DNA of 64,000 nucleotides. Origin: a bacterium. Its GTDB lineage: Bacteria > UBA8248. The notes below the pieces were generated by a model that was not told the origin of the DNA, made no database searches, and saw only the letters and a program-made list of their open reading frames with translations. Every line of letters begins with the position of its first letter. Positions within the stretch are counted from its first letter, which is position 1. The stretch is taken from positions 2,720,001-2,784,000 of the forward strand of contig CBDBBI010000010.1 of NCBI GenBank assembly GCA_965202625.1, written 5' to 3'. Made by a program: the position numbers and the translations under genes. Shown piece after piece: positions 11,900-23,309 of this stretch.

Positions 11900-12620
11900 T
11901 TCAGGCATATTGGAGGTGAATGAATCCGCTTCGATAGAAGATGCGTCGCCGCATATTATCGTCGCCAGAGGGCTGGAGAAATCATACGAGATGGGCGGCG
12001 GCGAGGTGATGGCTCTGAGCGGAGTTGATCTCGAAGTGTCCTGTGGCGAGATGGTCGCCGTCATGGGGGTGTCGGGAGCGGGGAAAACCACCTTACTGCA
12101 CCTTTTGGGGGCACTGGATAGGCCGACGAAAGGAGAGGTAATTCTGGGTGGTAGATGCCTCTCTGATTGCTCGGAAGTGGAATTGGCGCGATTGCGGAAT
12201 CAGCATGTGGGCTTCGTATTCCAGTTCCACCACCTGCTGCCAGAGTTTTCTGGCCTGGAAAACGTCATGATGCCGGGGTTGATTCTCGGTGCTCGAAAGA
12301 GAAAAGTGGAGGAGAGGGCACGGGAATTATTGAGACGGCTCGGCTTGGCCGACAGATGGGACCATAGCCCCGGAGAACTTTCGGGAGGAGAGCAGCAAAG
12401 GGTTGCCATCGCCCGTGCCTTAATGAACAATCCTTCTGTGATACTTGCGGATGAGCCCACGGGGAATCTGGACTCATCAACTGCGGGGAAGATATTCGAG
12501 ATGCTCCGGGAGATTAATCAAAGGAGCAGGCAAACAATCTTGGTGGCGACGCACAACAGTTCCATGGCGAAAAAAATGGATCGCGTGCTCGTCGTGGTCG
12601 ACGGGAAAATAGCCCGATAA
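11892..12620 (+). CDS. lolD: Lipoprotein-releasing ABC transporter ATPase
   Basis: GVSGAGKT, GFVFQFHHLLPEF (LolD motif), LSGGEQQR, ADEPTGNLD. Confidence 0.95.
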   Translation: MVDSGILEVNESASIEDASPHIIVARGLEKSYEMGGGEVMALSGVDLEVSCGEMVAVMGVSGAGKTTLLHLLGALDRPTKGEVILGGRCLSDCSEVELARLRNQHVGFVFQFHHLLPEFSGLENVMMPGLILGARKRKVEERARELLRRLGLADRWDHSPGELSGGEQQRVAIARALMNNPSVILADEPTGNLDSSTAGKIFEMLREINQRSRQTILVATHNSSMAKKMDRVLVVVDGKIAR

Positions 12621-12644
12621 AAAGTCAAAAATAAGGAGGGCCGT

Positions 12645-15089
12645 ATGTTTAAGCGATTCACCGAGCGTGCCCGCAAAGTCATCATCTTGGCCAGAGAGGA
12701 AGCGGAACACCATCGTCACGAATATCTGGGGACCGAACATATCCTTCTTGGCGTGTTGAAGGATGGGGGTGGAATCGCCATAGCGGTTTTACAGAAGCTG
12801 GGCGTCGATCCCAAGCAGCTTCGCCTCGAACTGGAGCGCAATTTACCCAAGAGCCTGAGCGGCCCCGTGGAGGGGGATATTCCATTTACCCCGAAGGCTA
12901 AGAAGGTGCTGGAATACGCTGTGGAGGAGGCTCGATTGATGGGCCACAACTACATTGGTACCGAGCATCTATTGTTGGGCATCGTCAGGGAGAAGGACGG
13001 TCTGGCGGCTAAAATCCTGGCCAGCTTTGGCGTCAAACTTCAGCAAACGCGCGAGCAGACTATCAACCTTCTCCGGGAACCGGTGGCGGCGCGCTCGCGC
13101 GAGAAGAGTAAGACGCCGGCGCTCGATGAATTTGGTCGAGACCTTACGGAGTTCGCCGACGAGGGGCAGCTGGATCCCGTCATCGGGCGAGAGGGCGAAA
13201 TCGAGCGTGTCATCCAGATTCTCGCGCGCAGAACGAAAAACAACCCTGTGCTGATCGGGGAGCCTGGCGTCGGGAAAACGGCAATTGTCGAGGGCTTGGC
13301 CCAGTCGATCGCCTCAAAAGAAGTGCCCCAAATTTTGTATAACAAGCGCGTGGTACAGCTAGATTTGGGCGCCTTGGTGGCGGGAACGAAATATCGCGGG
13401 CAATTTGAGGCGCGTTTGAAAGCCATTATGAAAGAGATCACGCAAAGCCGGGACGTGATCATCTTCATCGATGAGTTACATACTTTGGTGGGCGCAGGCG
13501 CGGCGGAAGGCTCCATCGACGCTTCCAACATGCTGAAGCCCGCGCTCAGTCGGGGCGAAATTCAATGTATCGGCGCCACGACATTGGACGAATATCGAAA
13601 ATACATCGAGAAAAATGGCGCTTTGGAGCGTCGTTTCCAGAGCGTGATGGTGGATCCGCCCTCCATCGACGACACGGTCAACATATTGAAGGGCTTGAAA
13701 GACAAATACGAAAAACATCACCGTGCGCAGTTGACCGAGGATGCGATTCTCTCCGCCGTTCGCCTTTCCTCGCAATACGTGTCGGATCGCTTCTTGCCGG
13801 ATAAGGCGATAGACGTCATTGACGAGGCGTGCAGCAAGGTTCGCCTTGAGAAGGAAACCTTTCCGATCAATATTCGGGATCTGCAGCGTCAAATCGAGGA
13901 GACGGTTCGCACGAAGAAGGACATGATTGAAAAGCAGGATTTTGAAAAGGCTGTTGAACTGCGCGACAAGGAAGAGCAGAACAGAAGCCGGCTTGATGAA
14001 TTGAAGGCGGAATGGGAGGCGGGGCAGACGGATGAGGAGCCGTTCGTCACCGAGGATGACGTGGCGTACGTGGTGAGCCGAATGACGGGCATTCCGTTGC
14101 AGCGTATCGGGGAGGTGGAGAATGAGCGTCTTCTCCGAATGGAGGAAGAGCTGAACAGCCACATCGTCGGGCAGGAGGAAGCCACGCGTGTCTTGACGAA
14201 AGCGGTGCGCCGGGCGCGTGCAGGCTTGAAAAGCCCGAAGAGGCCGATCGGCAGCTTCTTGTTTCTTGGGCCCACGGGCGTGGGCAAGACCGAGATGGCC
14301 AGAATGCTCGCCCAGTTTATGTTTGGCGACCCGAACGCGCTGATCCGCATCGATATGAGTGAATACATGGAAAGATTCAACGTTTCTCGCCTCACGGGAG
14401 CCCCTCCCGGCTATGTGGGATATGAAGAGGGGGGGCAACTTACCGAGCGCGTGCGTAGAAAGCCTTATTCCGTCGTGTTGCTTGATGAGATAGAGAAGGC
14501 GCACCCTGACGTCTATCACGTGTTGTTGCAGGTGATGGACGACGGTCTGCTGACGGATAGCTATGGCCGCAGCATCGACTTCAAGAACACCGTCATCATC
14601 ATGACTTCAAACTTGGCTGCGCGCTCCATTGAAAAAGGAACGTCCCTCGGCTTTCAGAAGGTGGAAACGGGCCTTGGCTTCGATAAGGTGAAAGACAGGA
14701 TTCGAGATGAGTTGAAGCGCACTTTTAATCCGGAGTTTCTGAACCGGGTTGACGACGTCATCATCTTCCGGCCTCTGGCCCATGAGGATATCTTGAAAAT
14801 CGTGGACATTGAGATTGCCAGGGTTAACGAGACGCTACGAGAGAAAGAAATGCTGATTGAGTTGAGTGAAGAAGCAAAGGACTGGATTGCGAAGCAGGGG
14901 TTTGAGCCGGCTTATGGCGCAAGGCCGCTGCGTCGCGTCATCCAAAGGCATATTGAGGATACCCTCAGCGAAGAAGTTTTGCACGGAAAATTTCAGGATG
15001 GAGGTACGATTTTGGCGAAGCTGGCTGGAGATGAGCTCATGTTTGAACTGAAAGAAGACACGGAAGTACTTAGTGTTCAGGACCTTTAG
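12645..15089 (+). CDS. clpC: ATP-dependent Clp protease ATPase ClpC
   Basis: [12 protein letters not shown] double Clp-N repeat, two AAA+ modules ([16 protein letters not shown]), UVR-type M domain and an LGF ClpP-docking loop. Confidence 0.96.
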   Translation: MFKRFTERARKVIILAREEAEHHRHEYLGTEHILLGVLKDGGGIAIAVLQKLGVDPKQLRLELERNLPKSLSGPVEGDIPFTPKAKKVLEYAVEEARLMGHNYIGTEHLLLGIVREKDGLAAKILASFGVKLQQTREQTINLLREPVAARSREKSKTPALDEFGRDLTEFADEGQLDPVIGREGEIERVIQILARRTKNNPVLIGEPGVGKTAIVEGLAQSIASKEVPQILYNKRVVQLDLGALVAGTKYRGQFEARLKAIMKEITQSRDVIIFIDELHTLVGAGAAEGSIDASNMLKPALSRGEIQCIGATTLDEYRKYIEKNGALERRFQSVMVDPPSIDDTVNILKGLKDKYEKHHRAQLTEDAILSAVRLSSQYVSDRFLPDKAIDVIDEACSKVRLEKETFPINIRDLQRQIEETVRTKKDMIEKQDFEKAVELRDKEEQNRSRLDELKAEWEAGQTDEEPFVTEDDVAYVVSRMTGIPLQRIGEVENERLLRMEEELNSHIVGQEEATRVLTKAVRRARAGLKSPKRPIGSFLFLGPTGVGKTEMARMLAQFMFGDPNALIRIDMSEYMERFNVSRLTGAPPGYVGYEEGGQLTERVRRKPYSVVLLDEIEKAHPDVYHVLLQVMDDGLLTDSYGRSIDFKNTVIIMTSNLAARSIEKGTSLGFQKVETGLGFDKVKDRIRDELKRTFNPEFLNRVDDVIIFRPLAHEDILKIVDIEIARVNETLREKEMLIELSEEAKDWIAKQGFEPAYGARPLRRVIQRHIEDTLSEEVLHGKFQDGGTILAKLAGDELMFELKEDTEVLSVQDL

Positions 15090-17457
15090 TTTCACTGGAC
15101 AGGCAAAACGTGTTCTCCTTTCTTGCTTGGGTGGTGCCTTGAAGTGTGATGTGGCGAGGGCGTTAGTCTGCGCCGTTTCTCTCATCGCATCTTTTTTCGC
15201 TGCCTCCCATGAGGCAATGGGACAGTCGGTCTTGCCAACCATCACGATCCGGGCTGTTGAAGTGCAAGGAAATCGCCGGGTGGATCGCTCCACGATTTTT
15301 TTCTATGTTCGGCTGAGAGAGGGGAAGAGATACACCAACATAGAGTTGGTCAAGCAAATACGCGCGGACGTTCGGTCGATATACAAACTGGGATTCTTTC
15401 GCGATGTCCGGGTGCAGGTCGAGTCTCTCGAAGGAGGACTTCGTGTCGTGTATGCGCTGAGCGAAAAGCCCACGGTGAACAAGATTGAAATTATGGGCAA
15501 CAGCGGCGTGGACGCCGAGAAAATCCGTGATCGCATCACGGTCAAGCCCCAGACCATCGTCAACGAATCCGCCCTGAAAGAAACCGTTCGGAATATCCGA
15601 AAGTTGTATCTGGAGCAGGGCTATTACTTCGCGCGCATAGAAGCCGTGCTGAAAAAAACTGCGCAGAACGCCGTGTCCGTCACGTTCTTGATAGACGAGG
15701 GGGAAAGCGTACGCATTGAGGCGATTCATTTCCGAGGGAATGAGAAGGTAGCCAGAAGAGATCTGCTCAAGGTGATGGAAACGAGCGAGGTGGGTTTTTT
15801 CTCCTTTATTACGAACTCGGGAGTATTTGACGAGGATGCGTTGCAGAAGGATTTGGTGCGAATCCGCATTCTGTATGAGAGCCGGGGGTATGTGAGCGTT
15901 CAGGTGGGGGAGCCCGTCATCCGCGAGGATCGGGAAAGAGGCCAGATTCGCATCACGATACCCATCAGTGAGGGTTTTCAGTACAAAATCGCAAAAATTG
16001 ACGTTCAAGGTGGGGAGGATGTCATCCCTCACGAAGAGCTCAAACGGGAGATGTCTCTTTTCGTCGGCGACGTTTTCAACAGAACCAGCCTGCTCTACGA
16101 CACGCGGAGGCTGAAGAGCAGGTTTGCGAACCGTGGCTATGCGTTTGCTGACGTTCGTCCTCTCACGAGGCAGAACGACGAGAACAAGACGGTTGACGTA
16201 ACGATTCGAATCAATAAAGGGAGAAGGGTATATATCGGAAAAGTGGAGGTCAGGGGCAACACGCGGACCCGCGAGAACGTCATTCGCAGGGATGTCCGCG
16301 TTGTTGAAGGGTCTTTGTACACCGCGAAGGGATTGGCCCTGACGCGCCAGCGTCTCACGCGCACGAATTATTTCGAGAAGGTGGAAGTTGTTGAGAAAGG
16401 CCGTCCCGATAGCGATGAAATACTCGATATCGACATTGAAGTGGAGGAAAAGCCAACTGGTTCCATCACGGGCGGAATCGGGCTCAATAGCGGCGAAGGG
16501 GTATATCTGCAAGGAGAGATAAGGGAGTCGAACTTGTTCGGCAAAGGTTTGATTGGCGAGCTGTTCACCAGAGTTTCTTCTGAGCGTTTTGATCTGTCCG
16601 CCCAGTATTTGGACCCGAATTTTCGCGATACGGGATTCTCGCTCGGGGGAAGGCTGTTTTTTGTCGATCAGGAATTTGAGACCTTTGATAACAAGACGAA
16701 AGGCGGCCGAATCACCGTGGGCCGCGAATTACGGGAATTTCTGAATGCCTCGCTCTCCTATGAACTCTCGGAGTCCCGCATCAGCAATGTCGATGCCACG
16801 GCGGCATCGTCGATTCTTGAGCAAGAGGGAGAGACGTTTTTTGAAAGTCGGATTACGCCCAACCTCGTCTATGACGACCAAAACAGGCGCTTTTTCCCAA
16901 CGAGCGGAACGTTCTGGAGCATTGCGCCTACGATTTCGGGCGGGATTCTGGGCGGAAACGTGGATGTGTTCTCGTTTGAGGCGGAATTTAGGCAACACCA
17001 TCAAATCGGAGAATATATCCGTGTTCGCGCGTTGCGGCAATTGATCCTCAGCCTCAGGGGGAACGTGCGCTATATTGACTCATTTGAGGGCGATTTGCCC
17101 GCCTTTCGCCGGTTATACGCTGGCAGAAGGCGCGCCGTCCGAGGTTTCCACTCCAATGACCTTGGTCCCAAAGACTCGCAGGGCGAAGCGATAGGCGGGT
17201 TGTCTGCCGCGCTCGCCTCCATCGAGCTCTGGCATCCGTTTATCGGCCCGACCCATGTCGCCGCTTTCCTCGATGCAGGAAATATATGGGAAACGCACAA
17301 TGCATTTGACATCGGCGATTTGCGGTATGGCGCTGGATTCGGGTTGCGCCTCGTGACGCCAATCGGCCCCATGCGCGTCGATATCGGATATAAACTGGAT
17401 AAAAAGTCGGGGGAGCGCAGGCGAGAAACACATTTAGGAATTGGCGCCGCGTTCTAA
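15073..17457 (+). CDS. bamA: Outer membrane protein assembly factor BamA (true start may be slightly downstream)
   Basis: POTRA repeats (VQGNRRV, RGNTRTRENVIRR), EEKPTG, VRGF motif, TPIGPMR and a terminal Phe. Confidence 0.95.
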   Translation: MFRTFSFTGQAKRVLLSCLGGALKCDVARALVCAVSLIASFFAASHEAMGQSVLPTITIRAVEVQGNRRVDRSTIFFYVRLREGKRYTNIELVKQIRADVRSIYKLGFFRDVRVQVESLEGGLRVVYALSEKPTVNKIEIMGNSGVDAEKIRDRITVKPQTIVNESALKETVRNIRKLYLEQGYYFARIEAVLKKTAQNAVSVTFLIDEGESVRIEAIHFRGNEKVARRDLLKVMETSEVGFFSFITNSGVFDEDALQKDLVRIRILYESRGYVSVQVGEPVIREDRERGQIRITIPISEGFQYKIAKIDVQGGEDVIPHEELKREMSLFVGDVFNRTSLLYDTRRLKSRFANRGYAFADVRPLTRQNDENKTVDVTIRINKGRRVYIGKVEVRGNTRTRENVIRRDVRVVEGSLYTAKGLALTRQRLTRTNYFEKVEVVEKGRPDSDEILDIDIEVEEKPTGSITGGIGLNSGEGVYLQGEIRESNLFGKGLIGELFTRVSSERFDLSAQYLDPNFRDTGFSLGGRLFFVDQEFETFDNKTKGGRITVGRELREFLNASLSYELSESRISNVDATAASSILEQEGETFFESRITPNLVYDDQNRRFFPTSGTFWSIAPTISGGILGGNVDVFSFEAEFRQHHQIGEYIRVRALRQLILSLRGNVRYIDSFEGDLPAFRRLYAGRRRAVRGFHSNDLGPKDSQGEAIGGLSAALASIELWHPFIGPTHVAAFLDAGNIWETHNAFDIGDLRYGAGFGLRLVTPIGPMRVDIGYKLDKKSGERRRETHLGIGAAF

Positions 17458-17500
17458 GATTCGGAGCGCCATCAGGTCGTCTTTGGCCAGGAGGGGTAGC

Positions 17501-18070
17501 ATGAGGGGTTTCGGACTATGGGTTTTGATCCTGTCGATCTTTTTCGCCTTTGCCTGTGCGGGCGACGCGGAATCGGCGGACGCGAAATATGGCGTCGTCA
17601 ATGTCCAGAGGGTATTGCAGGCCTCAAAAGCCGGACGAGACGCGAGGGCGTCTTTGGACAGGGAGAAGAAGAGGCTGGGAGATACTCTTAAGAAAGGACG
17701 CGAAGATTTGGCGAATTCGGCGAATAAGGTACGGGATTTACAGCTGGAGATCGATCGTAAAAACGGCGTTTGGCGTCAGGAGGAAAGAGAGCGCAAGACC
17801 TTTGAGTTGAGGTCTCAAAAAAGGTTGTTCGCGCGCAAGCAGGATAATCTGAAGCGATTGTTGCGCGAGAGCGAACGGGATCTTCAAGATCGCCAAAAAG
17901 CAGCCTTGGCCAGGATTTTCAAGGAAGTTCGCGGTATCGTTCATGAAATCGGAAAGAAAGAAGGTTTCGACGTAGTTGTGGATAGCGCGTCTGGAGGGGT
18001 GTTGTTCGCCAACCCGAAGGTAGATCTGACAGACAGGGTGATCAAACGATACGATCAGAAGAAGAAATAA
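17501..18070 (+). CDS. skp: Periplasmic chaperone Skp/OmpH
   Basis: Signal peptide, [11 protein letters not shown], coiled coil, [15 protein letters not shown]; sits between bamA and lpxD. Confidence 0.9.
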   Translation: MRGFGLWVLILSIFFAFACAGDAESADAKYGVVNVQRVLQASKAGRDARASLDREKKRLGDTLKKGREDLANSANKVRDLQLEIDRKNGVWRQEERERKTFELRSQKRLFARKQDNLKRLLRESERDLQDRQKAALARIFKEVRGIVHEIGKKEGFDVVVDSASGGVLFANPKVDLTDRVIKRYDQKKK

Positions 18071-18071
18071 A

Positions 18072-19079
18072 ATGCTTCTTGCAGACATCGCGAATCTGCT
18101 TGGCGAGGAATTGATCGGCGATGGCAACCTGGACGTCCTGGACGTAGCGGAGTACGAAACAGCCTCGTCGAGAGATTTGAGCTACGTGGACTCGGCGAAA
18201 AGGCTCAACGCGACATCGAATGCGGGCGCCCTCATCGTCCCAAAGGGTCTGGAAGTCGATCGTCCCGCTATTTCTGCGAAAAACCCCCGGTTGTCTTTCG
18301 CCCGCGCAGTGTCGTTTTTGCGTCCGCCTCGAAAATTCCAACCGGGAGTTGACCCCAACGCCAGCGTCTCTGGCGTGGCCCGTTTGGGAGATGGGGTATA
18401 CGTGGGTCCATTCGCATCGCTCGCCGCTGGCGTGGTGGTGAGCGAGGGATCCTATATCGGTGCGGGTGCGCGCGTCGGTGAGAACGTAAGGATAGGCCCA
18501 CAATCCTACATATACCCAAATTGCGTCTTATACGCTGAGGTGGAGATAGGCGCGAGGGTGATCCTCCACGCCGGAGTCGTCGTCGGAGCGGATGGATTCG
18601 GATACGTTTCCGATGAGGATGGCCATATCTTCAAGTATCCGCAAACGGGTAGGGTCGTCATTGAGGATGATGTGGAAATCGGGGCGAACACCACGATTGA
18701 TCGGGCGTCGTTGCAGGAAACGAGAATCGGCCGAGGCACGAAAATTGACAATCTGGTGCAAATCGCCCACAACGTCATCGTTGGAGAGAATTGTATTCTG
18801 GCGAGCCAAGTGGGTATCTCAGGCAGCGCGAGGATTGGCCGGGGCGTTGTGATGGGCGGAAACGTCGGAGTGGCGGATCACGTCGAAATTGGCGATGGGG
18901 CGAAGCTGGGGGCGAGAACCAGCGCGCCCAAAAGCCTAGAGGGCGGGAAAGTGTATCTCCACACTCCGGCGGCGGAAATTCGTGAGGCGCGCAGGCGAAT
19001 CGCAGTATTGAGGAATTTACCCAATCTGGCGGAAAAAATAAACAAACTCGAGAAAAAGATTGCTGAGTTGGAATCATGA
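18072..19079 (+). CDS. lpxD: UDP-3-O-acylglucosamine N-acyltransferase
   Basis: Hexapeptide repeats, [29 protein letters not shown]. Confidence 0.96.
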   Translation: MLLADIANLLGEELIGDGNLDVLDVAEYETASSRDLSYVDSAKRLNATSNAGALIVPKGLEVDRPAISAKNPRLSFARAVSFLRPPRKFQPGVDPNASVSGVARLGDGVYVGPFASLAAGVVVSEGSYIGAGARVGENVRIGPQSYIYPNCVLYAEVEIGARVILHAGVVVGADGFGYVSDEDGHIFKYPQTGRVVIEDDVEIGANTTIDRASLQETRIGRGTKIDNLVQIAHNVIVGENCILASQVGISGSARIGRGVVMGGNVGVADHVEIGDGAKLGARTSAPKSLEGGKVYLHTPAAEIREARRRIAVLRNLPNLAEKINKLEKKIAELES

Positions 19080-19513
19080 TGGATAAGCGGCGGATACAGG
19101 CGCTCATTCCACACAGGCATCCATTTCTTCTTGTTGACGAGGTGCTCGACATTAACCCGGAGAAAATGTCCATCGTGGCCCGAAAAAACGTCACTCCGGA
19201 TGAGCCGTATTTCGCGGGCCATTTCCCCGGTCGCCCTATCATGCCGGGTGTGTTGGTCGCGGAGGCTTTGGCGCAAACCGGCTTGATTTCCCTGTTCGCA
19301 CTGAAACTGCTCGAGCCGGGTGTGGATTTTTTTTTAGCCGGCATGGAGGGTGTGAAATTCAGGCGTCCCGTCGTTCCCGGCGATTCGTTGCAACTGCGCG
19401 TAAAGCTTCTGAAGCATAGAAAAACGTTGTGGAAGTTTGAAGGACGCGCGTTTACGGAGGATCAGATAGCCGCCGAGGGTTTCTTCACCGCCTATGTTTC
19501 CCTTCCAGCCTGA
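19076..19513 (+). CDS. fabZ: 3-hydroxyacyl-ACP dehydratase
   Basis: [40 protein letters not shown]. Confidence 0.97.
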   Translation: MMDKRRIQALIPHRHPFLLVDEVLDINPEKMSIVARKNVTPDEPYFAGHFPGRPIMPGVLVAEALAQTGLISLFALKLLEPGVDFFLAGMEGVKFRRPVVPGDSLQLRVKLLKHRKTLWKFEGRAFTEDQIAAEGFFTAYVSLPA

Positions 19514-19519
19514 TATCCA

Positions 19520-20302
19520 TTGAACGATATAGCCCCCACTTCTTACATCGACACGAAAGCGCAACTCGGGCGGGATTTGAAGATCGGGCCGGGTGCTTTT
19601 GTGGGCGCGGAAGTGGTCCTTGAGGACGGATGCGAAGTCGGGTCGAACGCGAGCGTTCAGGGCCCTGCGTTGGTCGGTGAGGGATGCCGTATTTTCCCGA
19701 ACGCCGTCATCGGTGCAGAGGCGCAAGTTGTCCATTTGGCGTCGGATGCAGGCGGTCTTGAAATAGGAGCGGGAACCATCGTTCGCGAGACGGCGACGAT
19801 TCATCGTTCCATGCGTCGGGGCGAAAACACGAGGGTGGGCAGAAAATGCTACATCATGGTCGGTGCACACGTGGCGCATGATTGCCGCGTAGGCGATGAG
19901 GTGATTCTGGTGAACCATTGCTCTTTGGGAGGACACGTGGAAGTCGGAAACAAATGTTTTGTGTCCAACTTCGTCGGCGTCCATCAGTATGTGCGGGTAG
20001 GAGAGGGCGCGATCGTCGCCGGCCCTGCGGCGGTGCGAAAAGATGTCCCCCCGTTTGTCAAAATGACGGGCGAGCCTCCTCGTGTCATCGGGTTGAACGT
20101 AGTGGGTTTGCGTAGAGGTGGGGTTTCGACCGAAGCGAGAGAAAGTCTCAAGAGAGTGTATAAAATTTTTTTTAGTACGCCGGGCGCAGTGGCGCAAAAA
20201 ATAAAGAGAATAGAAACGCAGGCGCCGTTGGGAGCGCAGGTTCGTGCCGTGGTGGAATTTATGCGGACCTCGAAGCGTGGTGTCTACCAAGGCCGGATGT
20301 AA
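19520..20302 (+). CDS. lpxA: Acyl-ACP--UDP-GlcNAc (or GlcNAc3N) acyltransferase
   Basis: Hexapeptide repeats, HVAHDC, GGHV, VHQY, KDVPP, GLNVVGLRR. Confidence 0.93.
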   Translation: MNDIAPTSYIDTKAQLGRDLKIGPGAFVGAEVVLEDGCEVGSNASVQGPALVGEGCRIFPNAVIGAEAQVVHLASDAGGLEIGAGTIVRETATIHRSMRRGENTRVGRKCYIMVGAHVAHDCRVGDEVILVNHCSLGGHVEVGNKCFVSNFVGVHQYVRVGEGAIVAGPAAVRKDVPPFVKMTGEPPRVIGLNVVGLRRGGVSTEARESLKRVYKIFFSTPGAVAQKIKRIETQAPLGAQVRAVVEFMRTSKRGVYQGRM

Positions 20303-20335
20303 GCGTGGACGCTTTGGCGAGGTGAAAATCCCGTG

Positions 20336-21304
20336 ATGGATTCTTTGCAAGTGGGTGTCGTCGGCTGTGGGCATATGGGTAGTTATCACATCGCGGCGCT
20401 CTCTGATCTCCTGGACGCGAATTTGTCGGCCGTCTGTGATGTGGATCCCGCTCGCGCCGAGGAACTGGCGAATCGATACGGGATCGAGGCATTTTCCGAT
20501 CCATCTGATCTCATCGGCCTTGTGGACGCCGTCAGCATTGCTGTTCCTACCTCCCAGCATTTCGCGGTGTCGCGCCTGTTTCTTGAAAATGGCGTTCACG
20601 TGCTGGTGGAGAAGCCCATTTGCGAGATGATGGAAGACGCGCGGAAATTATTCGACTTAGCGCGCGAAAATAACCTGGTTCTTCACGTTGGTCACGTGGA
20701 GCGGTTTAACGGAGCGGTTCAGGAGTTGTGCCGCATCATAGATAACCCGTTGCTTATTGAATGTCGCAGGCTCGGGCCCTTCACGTCCAGAGCGAAGGAA
20801 GATGGAGTTGTGTTCGACTTGATGGTGCATGATCTCGACATCGTTTTGCGGCTGGTGGACGAGAGTATCTCCTGCCTTTCGGCAACTGGAGCCAGCGTCT
20901 TGTCCGAACATGACGACGTGGCGAACGTGCAGATTGGGTTTGAGGGCGGATGCGTGGCGAACCTTATCGCGAGCCGGGTGACGCAGAACAAGGTCAGGAC
21001 GCTTTCTGTGTCCCAGCCGAGCGCGTTTATTACGCTTGACTACGCGGAGCAAGAACTCAGAATACATCGCCAGGCGATGAACGAGCATCGCTTGACGCTC
21101 GAGAACATCACGTATCGTGAACAATTTCAGATGGAGAGGGTATTCGTTCACAAGGACAATCCGCTCAGATTGGAATTACGGCATTTTCTGCAATCGGCGC
21201 GGGCGCGGGAAGTTGTTCGCGATCCCGAAAAAGAGTTGCGCTCTTTGGCCGTCGCGATTCGCGTCCTGGAAATGCTGAAAACCTCCATGTTCTCGACGCC
21301 CTGA
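20336..21304 (+). CDS. Gfo/Idh/MocA oxidoreductase, GnnA-like (UDP-GlcNAc 3-dehydrogenase candidate)
   Basis: GCGHMG, HVLVEKP, VGHVERFN, VVFDLMVHDLD; located between lpxA and lpxI/lpxB. Confidence 0.8.
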   Translation: MDSLQVGVVGCGHMGSYHIAALSDLLDANLSAVCDVDPARAEELANRYGIEAFSDPSDLIGLVDAVSIAVPTSQHFAVSRLFLENGVHVLVEKPICEMMEDARKLFDLARENNLVLHVGHVERFNGAVQELCRIIDNPLLIECRRLGPFTSRAKEDGVVFDLMVHDLDIVLRLVDESISCLSATGASVLSEHDDVANVQIGFEGGCVANLIASRVTQNKVRTLSVSQPSAFITLDYAEQELRIHRQAMNEHRLTLENITYREQFQMERVFVHKDNPLRLELRHFLQSARAREVVRDPEKELRSLAVAIRVLEMLKTSMFSTP

Positions 21305-21311
21305 CACCCCC

Positions 21312-22142
21312 ATGCCGAATTCCCGGACAAGAATTGGTCTCGTCGCGGGTGCAGGAACGCTGTCGTCTGACTTCGTCTCTCGCGCGAAGGAACGGGGCAA
21401 GTGCGTGTTCGTGGCGGCGTTGTCTCCCGAAGTCGAGAGCGCGTTGTCGAGAGAGGCGGATTTCGTCTCGCGTATTCCTCCTACCCAACCAAATAAGATC
21501 ATACGGTTCTTTAGGGACAACGACGTCGACGAAATAGGGTTCGCTGGAAAGGTAGAGAAAAAGCTCCTATTTCAGTCTTTACGCTTCGATATGACGGTGC
21601 TGCGCTTCATGAAAAACGCCAGGAACATGGCCGATGCAACGATCATGGACGCCGTCATTGCGTTTGTGGAAAAAAATGGCATGAAGGTGGTTTCGCAAAC
21701 GGAGTATCTGAAACATCTCATCACCCCCAACGGCGTCATCACGAAAAGGAGATTTCGTCAGAGTCAACGCAAAAGCGCGGAGTATGCGTTTCAAGTGGCC
21801 CAAAGAGTCGCGGACCTGGAAATCGGTCAGACTGTGGTGGTGCATAAAGGGGCGGTGACCGCCGTGGAGGGTTTGGAGGGGACGGATGAGGCGATTCTGA
21901 GAGGGTGCGCTCTCGCTGGGCGCGGGGCTATCGTTTGCAAGGTGGCTCGCCCCCATCAGGATATGCGTTACGACGTGCCCACTGTCGGGCTCAAGACGCT
22001 GGAGGCGATGCGGTCGGGAAGCGCATCGGCTTTGATCTTGGAGGCGGGCCGGACTTTTCTCATCGCTCGCGATCGTTTTATACGGGAAGCCGACGCGGCT
22101 GGTGTCATTGTTGTCGGCTGGTCGCAAAATGGACAAAGATGA
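21312..22142 (+). CDS. lpxI: UDP-2,3-diacylglucosamine pyrophosphatase LpxI
   Basis: GLVAGAG, EIGQTVVV, AVEGLEGTD, KVARPHQDMRYDVPTVG. Confidence 0.93.
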   Translation: MPNSRTRIGLVAGAGTLSSDFVSRAKERGKCVFVAALSPEVESALSREADFVSRIPPTQPNKIIRFFRDNDVDEIGFAGKVEKKLLFQSLRFDMTVLRFMKNARNMADATIMDAVIAFVEKNGMKVVSQTEYLKHLITPNGVITKRRFRQSQRKSAEYAFQVAQRVADLEIGQTVVVHKGAVTAVEGLEGTDEAILRGCALAGRGAIVCKVARPHQDMRYDVPTVGLKTLEAMRSGSASALILEAGRTFLIARDRFIREADAAGVIVVGWSQNGQR

Positions 22143-23292
22143 ACTCAGGATGTGCGACGTCATGGTGGTCGCTGGCGAGCCGTCCGGCGACGTTCACGCC
22201 GCGAATCTGGTGAATGCTCTTTCCGCCAGGATTCCCCGTCTCCGGGTATCTGGCATGGGTGGGCGATGGATGGCCGAGGCGGGCGTGGATCTCGTTCACG
22301 ACGTCAGCTCGATATCCATCGTCGGTTTTGCCGGAATTCCTCGTGTTTATCCCAAGTTGCGAAGAATCAAAAAAGACTTGCTGGGGAGAATCGAGGAGAA
22401 AAAGCCCCAAGCGGTCATTTTCGTGGATTATCCGGGCTTTAATCTCTCTTTGGCGCGTGCGATGCGCGCTTTGGCGCAGTCGCCGAAGCGCATCTATTTC
22501 ATCACCCCCCAAGTATGGGCATGGTGGAGGGGCCGCGCCCGCACCATCGCAGAGATTTTTGACCTAGCGTTGAACATATTTCCTTTTGAGCCGCGCATTT
22601 TTGAGGAATGGGGCGGAAGAGCGAAGTTCATCGGAAATCCCCTCGCCTATTCTCTCCGGGACGCACCCTCCAAAGAAGTCGCCCGACGTGCGCTGAACGT
22701 GCCGACGGGTGAGAAGGTGGTTGCGTTTCTTCCGGGCAGTCGCCTCAAGGAAGTCGATGCGCACATGGACGCCATGGTGGGTGCGCTGAGGATAATGCAC
22801 GAGGAAACGCCGGGGCTGCGCTTTTTGGTTTCAGAGGCGGACTCCCTTCCCGAAGGCTACGTTTCGAGTCGATTGCAGCCCTCGGGGGTCGAGATACGGC
22901 CCCTCAGAGGAGATTCTCATCAGGCGATTCGAGCGGCTGATGCCGTAGTCGTGGCGAGCGGCACGGCTTCTTTGGAGACTGCCCTTTTGGGCGTGCCGAT
23001 GGTTGTTTTATACGCCGGGGATGCGCTTACGTATATTCTGGCCAAGTATTTTTTGGTTCATGTGGACTACCTGAGTCTCGTGAATTTGCTATCCGGATAT
23101 GAGGCCGTTCCCGAGTTGTATCAAAACCATGTGCGCCCGAAACTTGTGGCGAACGCGTTGCGGGATGTGTTGTGGAATCAGCATGTGAGGAGGAGGCAAA
23201 TCAAGGCGTTCGAAAGGATTCAAGACGCTCTGAGAGGGGCGAACCCCTATACGTGCGCCGCCGCGCACGTCGCGGCGGCGCTTGGCCTTTGA
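22129..23292 (+). CDS. lpxB: Lipid-A-disaccharide synthase
   Basis: VAGEPSGD, VDYPGFN, PQVWAW, FLPGSR, ASGTASLE. Confidence 0.96.
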   Translation: MDKDELRMCDVMVVAGEPSGDVHAANLVNALSARIPRLRVSGMGGRWMAEAGVDLVHDVSSISIVGFAGIPRVYPKLRRIKKDLLGRIEEKKPQAVIFVDYPGFNLSLARAMRALAQSPKRIYFITPQVWAWWRGRARTIAEIFDLALNIFPFEPRIFEEWGGRAKFIGNPLAYSLRDAPSKEVARRALNVPTGEKVVAFLPGSRLKEVDAHMDAMVGALRIMHEETPGLRFLVSEADSLPEGYVSSRLQPSGVEIRPLRGDSHQAIRAADAVVVASGTASLETALLGVPMVVLYAGDALTYILAKYFLVHVDYLSLVNLLSGYEAVPELYQNHVRPKLVANALRDVLWNQHVRRRQIKAFERIQDALRGANPYTCAAAHVAAALGL

Positions 23293-23309
23293 CGCGCGGG
23301 AGTGAGGGG

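Noticed and set aside
9007-20599. Long antisense ORFs (9007-10203, 13476-14519, 15163-16512, 19334-20599)
   Set aside because: They lie opposite conserved genes, have no recognisable motifs, and are expected in GC-rich coding DNA.
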